A stretch of DNA of 64,000 nt from a virus (Duplodnaviria > Caudoviricetes), in the IMG/VR virus record IMGVR_UViG_3300048851_000184, positions 8,388 through 72,387 of that record; one strand, 5' to 3'. Positions 1 to 8,052 of the stretch are shown piece by piece. The notes under the pieces are model-generated. The model was not told where the DNA came from. It worked only from the letters and a program-made list of their open reading frames with translations, and did not search any database. Position 1 is the first letter of the stretch; every line of letters starts with the position of its first letter. The translations under genes were made by a program, and so were the position numbers.

Positions 1-45
1 GATGTTGAGGGCATGACCTGGACCTGCTCGGCGCCGGAAGCATGA
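1..45 (+). CDS. 3' end of head-tail joining protein (partial)
   Basis: Reads DVEGMTWTCSAPEA*, matching the C-terminus of the 45083-45421 product. Confidence 0.8.
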   Translation, partial: DVEGMTWTCSAPEA

Positions 46-692
46 AGTTCGAGGTCGAGGTCCCCGACTTCGCCAAGGTGATGCGCGAGGCGGAGGGTAG
101 CGTCGCGCGCGCGGCCACGGTCGCCATGCGCGCCACCACCGGCGACGCGCTGCGCGAGCTGCGCGGGCAGGTGACCTCCGCCGGTCTCGGCCAGCGCCTG
201 GCGAACACCTGGCGCGGCAACGTCTACCCGAAGTCGCGCAACGGCATGAACCCGGCCGGCTACATCTACAGCCGCGCGCCCGAGATCATCGACAGCTTCG
301 TGCGAGGCGCGACCATCGTGCCGATCAACGGCAGCCGGTTCCTCGCCATTCCCACCGACAATGTGCCGCGTGTCGGCAGGCGTCGCGGCTCTACCGGCCG
401 CATGACCCCCGAACAGGTCGAGCACACGTTCAACCAGGACCTGTTCTACCAGCGTGGCAAGAATGGCCGCGTGCTCGCTTTCATCAACGCCGTGGGCGCG
501 CGTCGCGGGCGCGGGATCCGCCAGGGCACGGCACGCCGGCTAGCGCAGGGGCGTGATCTCAAGCGCGTGCTGATGTTCACCCTCGTGCCCGTCGCTCGCA
601 TGCCCAAGCTGCTCGATTTGGACGGCCCCGCCGCCCGCTGGAGCGCCTCCTACATCGCCGCCTTTACCCGCGGTCTGGAGAAGAACTGGTGA
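42..692 (+). CDS. Neck/minor tail protein (DUF6441-like)
   Basis: 216 aa basic protein after the head-tail joining gene; near-identical copy at 45418. Confidence 0.7.
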   Translation: MKFEVEVPDFAKVMREAEGSVARAATVAMRATTGDALRELRGQVTSAGLGQRLANTWRGNVYPKSRNGMNPAGYIYSRAPEIIDSFVRGATIVPINGSRFLAIPTDNVPRVGRRRGSTGRMTPEQVEHTFNQDLFYQRGKNGRVLAFINAVGARRGRGIRQGTARRLAQGRDLKRVLMFTLVPVARMPKLLDLDGPAARWSASYIAAFTRGLEKNW

Positions 693-1129
693 GCAAGCGC
701 CTTCAGGTTCTCGCCGCGGTGAAGGCGCTGGTACAGGCAGCCCTGCCGGGCGCCACAGTGCTCGGGCTGGACGGTGACGATGCCGCTCCCGCCCGCCTCC
801 CGCCGAACGGCCGTGTCGTGGTGCGCAGCGGTGAACCGGGAGATCCCGAGGTCGATCTCTGTCCACCCGTCTACCACTACGCGCACCGCATCCCGATCGA
901 GGTCAGCGCCTACGAAACTACCGCGCTCACCGGCGAGGAAGTGATCGACCAGATGATGGGTCTGATCGGCGCGGCTGTTGAGGCTGATCCGACGCTCGGC
1001 GGCCTGTGCGACTGGCTGGAGCCGACCGCGCCGAACACCGACGACATCTACGTCGAAGGCGCGAACCCTGCCCGCGGCGGCGATTTCGACCTGGTCGCCT
1101 CCTACTCGACCACATCCCCTCTCAACTGA
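689..1129 (+). CDS. Putative tail terminator/completion protein
   Basis: 146 aa, directly upstream of tail tube, EADPTLGGLCD motif; copy at 46065. Confidence 0.65.
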   Translation: MSKRLQVLAAVKALVQAALPGATVLGLDGDDAAPARLPPNGRVVVRSGEPGDPEVDLCPPVYHYAHRIPIEVSAYETTALTGEEVIDQMMGLIGAAVEADPTLGGLCDWLEPTAPNTDDIYVEGANPARGGDFDLVASYSTTSPLN

Positions 1130-1146
1130 GCCCGAAGGAACCCACC

Positions 1147-2103
1147 ATGGCCGTACAGCCTACCCGCCGGCGCGCGCTCGGCATCAACGCCGTGCAGTCG
1201 GCCGTGTTCGAAACGAGCTACGGGCAGACGCCCACGACCGGCTTCAAGCGCCTGCCGTTCGTCAGCAACGCGCTTGGCGAAGAGCGCCCGCTGATCGAGG
1301 ACGACCAACTCGGCTTCGGGCGCGAGGGGCTCGACCCGGAATATGACGTCGCGACCAACGACGGCGATGTCGTGGTGCCGATGGACACCCGCGCGTTCGG
1401 CTGGTGGCTGAAGCTGCTGCTGGGCGACGCCACCACGGCCGCAGGCGACGGCAGCCGCTATGCCCACACCTTCGTGTCGGGGAAGACGGAACTGCCGTCC
1501 GCCTCGATCGAACTCGGCAACCCGGAGATCCCGAGCTACTCGGTGAACTTCGGCGCGCTGGCCAACCAGCTGCGTGTGTCGATGGCCCGCTCGGGCATGC
1601 TCAATGCCACGATGGGCGTGATCGCGCAGGGCGAGACGCGCAAGCAGGCGCTGAGCGTCGCCGGCACCCCGGACCTGTTCCACGGCGATCGCTTCCAGCA
1701 GGCCACGGGCTCCATCAAGCGGGGTGGCGAGGTGCTGGGCAGCGTCACCGCCGCTGGCTTCACCTATTCCAATAATTACGAGAAGGTGGAGGCGATCCGG
1801 GGGGACGGCCGGATTGACGGCGCCGATCCGCTCAAGGCGATGATGACCGGCGAACTGACGATGCGCTTCGATCGCCTCGACCTCTACGATGCGTCCGTCG
1901 ACGGCACGCCGATCGATCTGGAGTTCGGGTGGAAGCGGGGCGACGCGAGCCTGCTCTTCACCCTCTCGCGCGTGTTCCTGCCGCGCGTCAAGCGCCCCAT
2001 CAGCGGCCCCGGCGGCATCCAGGCAACGTCGAATTGGCAGGCGTCCGGTGCCGGCGGCCACACGTTGACTGCTGTGCTGACCAACGACGTCGCCAGCTAC
2101 TGA
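1147..2103 (+). CDS. Major tail tube protein
   Basis: 318 aa from ATG 1147 (RBS gaagga); typical tail-tube sequence and position; copy at 46523. Confidence 0.85.
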   Translation: MAVQPTRRRALGINAVQSAVFETSYGQTPTTGFKRLPFVSNALGEERPLIEDDQLGFGREGLDPEYDVATNDGDVVVPMDTRAFGWWLKLLLGDATTAAGDGSRYAHTFVSGKTELPSASIELGNPEIPSYSVNFGALANQLRVSMARSGMLNATMGVIAQGETRKQALSVAGTPDLFHGDRFQQATGSIKRGGEVLGSVTAAGFTYSNNYEKVEAIRGDGRIDGADPLKAMMTGELTMRFDRLDLYDASVDGTPIDLEFGWKRGDASLLFTLSRVFLPRVKRPISGPGGIQATSNWQASGAGGHTLTAVLTNDVASY

Positions 2104-2123
2104 TCCTCCAGCGGAGACTGCCC

Positions 2124-2405
2124 GTGAAGAAGGAAGATACCGCCGCAGACGCGGCGACCGACAAGGCCCTGCCGCCGCTGCCGACCCATGTCGCCGCCGG
2201 TATCACGCCCGAGTTCGCCAAGCTGCGCGTCGTGGACGCGGAGACCGGCAAGCGGATCGACCACGTGCTGGAGGCGGATACCGAGAAGGGCACGGTTCGC
2301 CGCTATGCGGTCGAGCACGGCAACTTCGTGCGTGAGGGCAGCGACCTGAAGGTCATCGAGGAGGAGCGCAAGGTCCGCCTCGAGTGGATCGAGGGTGCCG
2401 GCTGA
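2124..2405 (+). CDS. Hypothetical protein between tail tube and chaperone
   Basis: 93 aa from GTG 2124 with ggaga RBS; copy at 47499. Confidence 0.75.
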   Translation: MKKEDTAADAATDKALPPLPTHVAAGITPEFAKLRVVDAETGKRIDHVLEADTEKGTVRRYAVEHGNFVREGSDLKVIEEERKVRLEWIEGAG

Positions 2406-2971
2406 TGCTCGTCGTCAGCAAGAAGGCCGACGGCCCCGCCTGGCTGTCGGTGATGGGCGCCCAGGTGCTGTTCGCCCCCATCGACCGCAAGATGATGCGC
2501 GCTGCCCGTCGTGCTGCCGTCACGTCTCTCCGCGGCGAGGATGCCGAGGAAGGGGAGGAGGCTGCTGACGCGCCAGCCGCGGAGCAGCTTGAGGAGCTCG
2601 GTGACGCCCTCAGCGTGGCCCTGATCCTGGCCGGCGCCCGCGACTGGAAAGATGTCTGCCTGATGGCGGGCCCTGACGATGAGGGCGCCGGTGAGCCACT
2701 GCCGTTTAGCCGCGAGAACCTGGAGCACGCGCTCTCCGACCCGCTCACCTTCGAGGCGTTCGACCAGGCCTACGTCATGCCCTTCGTGCTGCGGGAGCGG
2801 ACAAAAAACGTCTCCGCCGCCTCTCAGAATGGCACTGGGGAGGCGGCGATGCCGGAGAACGATACTGCCAGCTCACCTGCCAGGGGAGCGAAGGCCGGCG
2901 GTGCGAGCAGTGCCCGTACCGGATCGAAGAGCCGGACACCGCGGAAGCGGAAGGTGTCTGGGAGGTCCTGA
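2405..2971 (+). CDS. Tail assembly chaperone (gpG-like)
   Basis: 188 aa between tube and tape measure; contains in-frame slippery A-AAA-AAC. Confidence 0.8.
   Translation: MLVVSKKADGPAWLSVMGAQVLFAPIDRKMMRAARRAAVTSLRGEDAEEGEEAADAPAAEQLEELGDALSVALILAGARDWKDVCLMAGPDDEGAGEPLPFSRENLEHALSDPLTFEAFDQAYVMPFVLRERTKNVSAASQNGTGEAAMPENDTASSPARGAKAGGASSARTGSKSRTPRKRKVSGRS
2803..2809 (+). other. -1 ribosomal frameshift slippery heptamer A AAA AAC
   Basis: X-XXY-YYZ phasing correct (codons ACA AAA AAC); -1 frame open to 3153; same heptamer at 48178-48184. Confidence 0.85.
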
Positions 2972-3153
2972 CCTCCTGCGACCGACAGCTGCGGGTTGCG
3001 GGCATGACGGGCAAGCCGTTCGCCCTGGATTACGCGGCCGTGATAGCCGTCGGCTCCGCGCTCGACGCCGACATGGAGATGCTGGCGGACGTGCTGCCGG
3101 CAGCCGAAGCGGCGATCGTCGCGCAGTTCGCCGGTGATGACGGCGGGGATTGA
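2803..3153 (+). CDS. gpT-like portion of G-T frameshift fusion (-1 frame)
   Basis: -1 frame reads KKRLRRLSEWHWGGG..YCQLTC..CEQCPY..VWEVLTSCDRQLRV..GDDGGD*, ending 9 nt before the tape-measure start. Confidence 0.8.
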   Translation, partial: KKRLRRLSEWHWGGGDAGERYCQLTCQGSEGRRCEQCPYRIEEPDTAEAEGVWEVLTSCDRQLRVAGMTGKPFALDYAAVIAVGSALDADMEMLADVLPAAEAAIVAQFAGDDGGD

Positions 3154-3162
3154 GGAGGGCGC

Positions 3163-6100
3163 GTGGAAAAGTCCGTCTCGATCCGCATGGGCACGACCGG
3201 CAAGGCCGATGTCACCCGCACCTTCGACGAGATCGCCGCGTCTGGTGACGCGTCAGCGAAGCGCTGGAGCAAAGCCTACGAGCGGGCCGGCGAGGACGTA
3301 GAAGCGGCAATCCAGCGGCAGGCGAACGCTGCCGCCAAGATCGCTGCGATCGCGCCTCAGTCGCCCGTGCAGATGCGGATTGCGGATACGAACGGTACCG
3401 GGTTCGGCCAGTGGGAGGGCTCGGCCCGCCAGTCTGCCGCGGCGTTCAAGGACCTGATCGCCGCCGAAGAGCAGCTGGACGCGCGCACTCGCGCACTGGT
3501 GAGCGCGATCGATCCGGCGTTCGCGGCGCAGCAGCGCTACAATGCCGAGATGCGGGACGCGGTCGGCCTCTACGACGCCGGTCGCATCAGCCTGGATCAG
3601 TTCCTCGCTGCCGAGCAGCAGGCCGCAGCCGTGCTGGACAAGGTCGCGGGGATCACGCGCACCGCGGCGGCTGAGACGGCCGAGCTGACGGCAATGCAGG
3701 CCCGCGTCGAGGCGGCCTCAGGTACCGGATTCGGCCAGTGGGAGGGGTCGGCAAAGCGCTCCGCTCTCGCAATGGGCGAGCTGCTCGCCGAAGAGGAGAG
3801 GCTGGAGGCGCGTACGCGCGCCCTGATCGCGGCGATCGATCCCGCTGCCGCCGCCCAGATGCGCTTTGACGCCGAGATGGCCACCGCGCGCGAACTCATC
3901 AGCCGGGGCGCGATCTCGCTGGACCAGTATGTCGCCAAGCTGCGGCTTGAGCAGGACGCGCTGGACGACGCGACGGCTGCGCACATGCGCGCGAACGTGT
4001 CTACGGGCCAGCTTCGCGCAGGCGGGCAACAACTTGCCTATCAGATTGGCGACATCACGCAGCAGTGGGCGCTCAACACGCCGCTGATGGTGATCTTTGC
4101 CCAGCAGGGTGGGCAGGTGGTGCAGGCGCTGGACCTGATGACGGGCGGCGCAAATCGCTTCATCTCGTTCATGGCTGGCACCTGGGGCGCTGTGCTGCTG
4201 GGCGCAGTGATGATCATCGGGCAGATGGTCAGCCGTTCCAACGACGCGGGAAATGCGGCCGACGAACTAGCAAAGCGCCAGCAGTCGCTGTCCGGCATCA
4301 TCGACAAGACGACGGGCAGGATCAAAGAGCAGAACGCGGCCCTGCTGCAGAACGCCATCCTGGCGGCGCGCAAGGACGTGAACGAAACGCGCAAGGCGTA
4401 CATCGAGGCGCGAACTGACTTCGTAAACACAGCGGTCCCGATCCCCGGCTTGGCGCAGCTGCAGCAGCAGTTCGCCCGGGGCGAGAAGAGTGCCGCCCAG
4501 GTATCGTCTGAGCTGGCGAACCTGACCCGTGAGTTCAAATACGGGACGACGGGCTACAAGCAGGTTGAGTACCTGCAGGGGCTGCTCAAGAGTGTGGTGG
4601 ACACCGCGCGCACGGGTGTCAGCGCCCAAGCGCAGTCCCGGCTGCTGGGCGGTGCCGGGAAGCCCGGGGATGCCGCGATCGCGTTTGGCGACTTCAGCGC
4701 TGGACGGAACGAGCCGCCGAACACCGCCATCCTTGATGCCCAGGCTCGCTTGCAGGCCGGCAACCTGAGCAAGCTTCAGGAGGCGCAGGAAAAGCTCACC
4801 ATCGCCCGCGAGAAGGCAAAGGACGAACTCGACAAGGGTATCATCACCCAAGATCAGTATACGGCCCGGCTGGCGCCGCTGGAGGCGGCGGTAAACGCCG
4901 CCCGCGAGAAGACCGACCGGCACGGGCAGTCGCTCGCTCGCCAGGCCGCGGCGATGGACGTAAACGCGCAGGCATCCCTGGATCTGGCGCGGGCATATCT
5001 GGTTGGCGGGGATGCCGCGCTGCGTGCCGAGGCGGCCCGCAAGGGCCTGACCGACGCGACCCGTCGCGGGATCGACACCGACGCGCAGGTGCAGCGCCAG
5101 CTGCAAGTGATGGTCGGCGAGCAGGTGGCGAACGGCGCAAAGTCCGTTGCCCAGCTGCGCGAAGAGACCGAGGCGCGCGCCGCTGTCCGCGCCCAAGTGC
5201 TGGCTGGCACGCTGCCGGTCGAGGGTATGGCGCAGGCGTTGTCCGACGAGGCGGCGCTACGTCCCCTGCTCAAGCTCCAAACCGTCGCCCAGGGCGAGGC
5301 GTTGACCGAACTGACGAAGGTGATCGAGGCCTACCGCAAAGCGCTCGCCGACGCGCACGAGGAGGAGGCCAAGAGCAGCGCGGCCGTCGAGACCAAGGCG
5401 TCCACGGACCGCTTCGCCGAGACGATCGAGAGCATCCGAGATCTCGGTAAGGATCCGCTGCAGCGCGCCCTCGATGCCGCCCGGCGCGCGGCAGAACGCG
5501 ACGCGGATGCCAAGAAGCTGACGGGTGAGGACCGGACGGGGTTCGTGGATGCCCGGATCAACGAGGCCCGCGCCACCGAAGGGTATCGCCGAGCGCAGTT
5601 CTACGTCAGCACCGCGGACGATCAGCGGGATTCGCTGGAGATGGCGAAGCTCGACCTCTCGCTCGCGTCGGCTGGCAACGATGAGCGCGATCGCGCGGTG
5701 TCGAAGCTGGACCTGATCCTGCGCATGAAGCGCGAGGGGATCACCGCCGACAGCGAGGAAGGTCGCAAGCTGCTGGAGAACCAGGAGCACCTCGACGGGG
5801 TTGCCACCCAGGCGAAGCTCGCCGCGGCTGGCTTCCAGGAGCTGCGCGACTTCGGCAGCGACTTCGTCGACACGGTGCTGTCCGAGGATACCTGGTCGAG
5901 CTGGGGCAACGCCGGCAAGACGATCCTGAACATGCTCAAGAGCGAGTTCGTGAAGCTCGCGCTGCTGAACCCGATCAAGAACCTGCTCAACGGCGACAGG
6001 GCGCTGCCGACCCTGAGCGGCCTGGTCGGCAAGGTGGGCAGCCTGTTCGGCAAGCCGGGCAACAATGCGGCTGGCACCGAGTGGTGGTCGGGCGGAGCGA

Positions 6101-6384
6101 CGTACCTAGCCGAGCACGGTCCCGAACTCGTCAACCTGCCGCAGGGCTCCAGGGTGACACCGGCCGGCGAGACGCGGCGACTGCTCGGCGGTGGCGGGAT
6201 GATGGGAGGCGAGATGAAGCTCAAGCTGGAACTCACCCCTTCGTCCTACTTCGATGCGCGCGTAGTCTCGGTCAGCGGCCCGCTGGTGGCGCAGGGCGCA
6301 ACAGCGGCTGCGGCCGGAGGGGCGCAGATGGCTGAGGCGGAAAGCATGGCCGCTGGCGCGCGCCGTCTGGGGCGGTTCCGCTGA
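3163..6384 (+). CDS. Tail tape measure protein (1073 aa)
   Basis: Long Ala-rich helical protein after G-T; GTG start with gaggagg RBS. Confidence 0.92.
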   Translation: MEKSVSIRMGTTGKADVTRTFDEIAASGDASAKRWSKAYERAGEDVEAAIQRQANAAAKIAAIAPQSPVQMRIADTNGTGFGQWEGSARQSAAAFKDLIAAEEQLDARTRALVSAIDPAFAAQQRYNAEMRDAVGLYDAGRISLDQFLAAEQQAAAVLDKVAGITRTAAAETAELTAMQARVEAASGTGFGQWEGSAKRSALAMGELLAEEERLEARTRALIAAIDPAAAAQMRFDAEMATARELISRGAISLDQYVAKLRLEQDALDDATAAHMRANVSTGQLRAGGQQLAYQIGDITQQWALNTPLMVIFAQQGGQVVQALDLMTGGANRFISFMAGTWGAVLLGAVMIIGQMVSRSNDAGNAADELAKRQQSLSGIIDKTTGRIKEQNAALLQNAILAARKDVNETRKAYIEARTDFVNTAVPIPGLAQLQQQFARGEKSAAQVSSELANLTREFKYGTTGYKQVEYLQGLLKSVVDTARTGVSAQAQSRLLGGAGKPGDAAIAFGDFSAGRNEPPNTAILDAQARLQAGNLSKLQEAQEKLTIAREKAKDELDKGIITQDQYTARLAPLEAAVNAAREKTDRHGQSLARQAAAMDVNAQASLDLARAYLVGGDAALRAEAARKGLTDATRRGIDTDAQVQRQLQVMVGEQVANGAKSVAQLREETEARAAVRAQVLAGTLPVEGMAQALSDEAALRPLLKLQTVAQGEALTELTKVIEAYRKALADAHEEEAKSSAAVETKASTDRFAETIESIRDLGKDPLQRALDAARRAAERDADAKKLTGEDRTGFVDARINEARATEGYRRAQFYVSTADDQRDSLEMAKLDLSLASAGNDERDRAVSKLDLILRMKREGITADSEEGRKLLENQEHLDGVATQAKLAAAGFQELRDFGSDFVDTVLSEDTWSSWGNAGKTILNMLKSEFVKLALLNPIKNLLNGDRALPTLSGLVGKVGSLFGKPGNNAAGTEWWSGGATYLAEHGPELVNLPQGSRVTPAGETRRLLGGGGMMGGEMKLKLELTPSSYFDARVVSVSGPLVAQGATAAAAGGAQMAEAESMAAGARRLGRFR

Positions 6385-6986
6385 TGCCCGTCGCGATCCC
6401 GCACCTGCGGATCCGGTCGTTCGCGCTGCGCCCGCGCCTGTTCAGCGGTGAGCAGGAGGGCGCACTCGGTGGGCCGGACCTGCCGATCCCGAGGCCAGGC
6501 GATCGGTTCGCGGTGGACGTGACGACGACGCAGTTCCGCAACGACGCCGAAGGGCGGCTAATGGCGGCTGCGCTGTTCGAGGCGAGCAACAGCAGTGCGA
6601 TCATGCGGATCGTGCAGCCGAACCGCAGCGGCCGCTCCCCCGGCTATGCGGTGGCGGTCGACGGCACAGACCAGGGCGGCATGACGCTGTCCCTGCGTGG
6701 GCTCCAGGCAGGTGCCTCGCTTACGCGCGGCAACTTCTTCAGCATCGTCCACGGCGGGCAGCGCTACGTGCACATGATCGCCTGCGCCGGACAGCTGGTG
6801 GTGCCGGTGAGCGGCAAGGTTGCACTGCCGATCTGGCCCATGCTGCGGTTTCTCACCGTCGACGGCGAGCCCGCTGAGTTCGTGGCCCCGATGATCGAGG
6901 GCAAGCTGCTGGGGTTCGACAAGGGCGCTAGCTTCGTGCGGGCGAAAACCGAGCCGCTGTCTTTCAGCATCCAGGAGCGGGCATGA
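6384..6986 (+). CDS. Putative distal tail protein
   Basis: 200 aa right after tape measure; homolog at 51438. Confidence 0.65.
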   Translation: MPVAIPHLRIRSFALRPRLFSGEQEGALGGPDLPIPRPGDRFAVDVTTTQFRNDAEGRLMAAALFEASNSSAIMRIVQPNRSGRSPGYAVAVDGTDQGGMTLSLRGLQAGASLTRGNFFSIVHGGQRYVHMIACAGQLVVPVSGKVALPIWPMLRFLTVDGEPAEFVAPMIEGKLLGFDKGASFVRAKTEPLSFSIQERA

Positions 6987-7624
6987 CCTTTCGCCTGACC
7001 CCTCCGATGTCTGCGAAGCTGCGGACTGGCCGCTACCCATTTGCGCCGCTCGTGCGGGTGGAGTTGCCGGACTACACGCTCTGCCATTTGGTCGGCTCTG
7101 CCGAGGTGAAGTTCAACGGGAAGAAGTTCGTCGGCCGAGATCCACGTTTCGGCGTTCTGGTGGCGGCGAGCAACCTGAAGGATGGCGTCGCCAACGAAGC
7201 GCCCGACTGGTCGCTGACTTTCGTTCCACCGGACGAGGTCGCCGCCTCCGAACTTGCTGCGGCGACCGCGCAGGGAGGCGAGGTTGGCGGCTGGCTTGGG
7301 CTGATCGACCCGGCGACCGGGCAGCTACTGCCGGAGCCCATCCAGCTATTTGGGGGCGAGCTGGACGTGCCGAGGATCCGCGTAGGCAAGGGCGCGCGCA
7401 CGCTGGAGTGGCGCTGCGCATCCTCGCTTGAGCCCTTCCATGACGAGGAGAAGGGCGCACGGCTTTCGGACAGCTGGCACCAGCTGGTTTGGCCGGGAGA
7501 GACCGGCTGCGCGAACATGACGGGCATCGACAAGACGTCCATGTGGGGAGTCGAGAAGCCGCCCTCCACCGTGCGCGTCACCGGCGGCAGCCTGAACCCG
7601 TCGTTCCTGGGGAACCTGGCCTGA
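6983..7624 (+). CDS. Minor tail (tail-tip) protein
   Basis: 213 aa in tail-tip gene order; homolog at 52040. Confidence 0.65.
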   Translation: MTFRLTPPMSAKLRTGRYPFAPLVRVELPDYTLCHLVGSAEVKFNGKKFVGRDPRFGVLVAASNLKDGVANEAPDWSLTFVPPDEVAASELAAATAQGGEVGGWLGLIDPATGQLLPEPIQLFGGELDVPRIRVGKGARTLEWRCASSLEPFHDEEKGARLSDSWHQLVWPGETGCANMTGIDKTSMWGVEKPPSTVRVTGGSLNPSFLGNLA

Positions 7625-8043
7625 TGAGCGGACTTCTCCGGCGCCAGCAGGCCGCGCAGGCAGCGCTAGACCGGTTCAAGGGGGAGCCTCTCGTCTACGG
7701 AAAGAACGACTGCGTTCGCCTGGCGGCGTTCGTCCTGCGCAAGATGGGGCACCGGCCGCAGCTGGCGAAGGCCGGCAGCTACAGCACCGCGCTGGGCGCC
7801 GCGCGCGCATTGCAGCGTGCCGGGTTTGAGGATCTGGCGGCCGCCGTCGATGCACTGGGTCTGCCGCGGATCGCGCCCGCAGCCGCCTGGGTGGCGGACA
7901 TGGTGCTGCTGCCAGCCGAGGGCCCCTTCGGCGGCGCCCTGAGCGTCGCCGTCGGGAACGGCCGGGTGCTCGGCTATCACGAAGACGTGGACGGCGCAGA
8001 CATCCTGCAGCCGGTTCAATATCTCGCCGCCTGGCGGGTCTGA
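7624..8043 (+). CDS. NlpC/P60-like tail assembly protein (gpK-like)
   Basis: 139 aa with YGKNDC motif; homolog at 52681. Confidence 0.7.
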   Translation: MSGLLRRQQAAQAALDRFKGEPLVYGKNDCVRLAAFVLRKMGHRPQLAKAGSYSTALGAARALQRAGFEDLAAAVDALGLPRIAPAAAWVADMVLLPAEGPFGGALSVAVGNGRVLGYHEDVDGADILQPVQYLAAWRV

Positions 8044-8052
8044 GAGGCGCGC

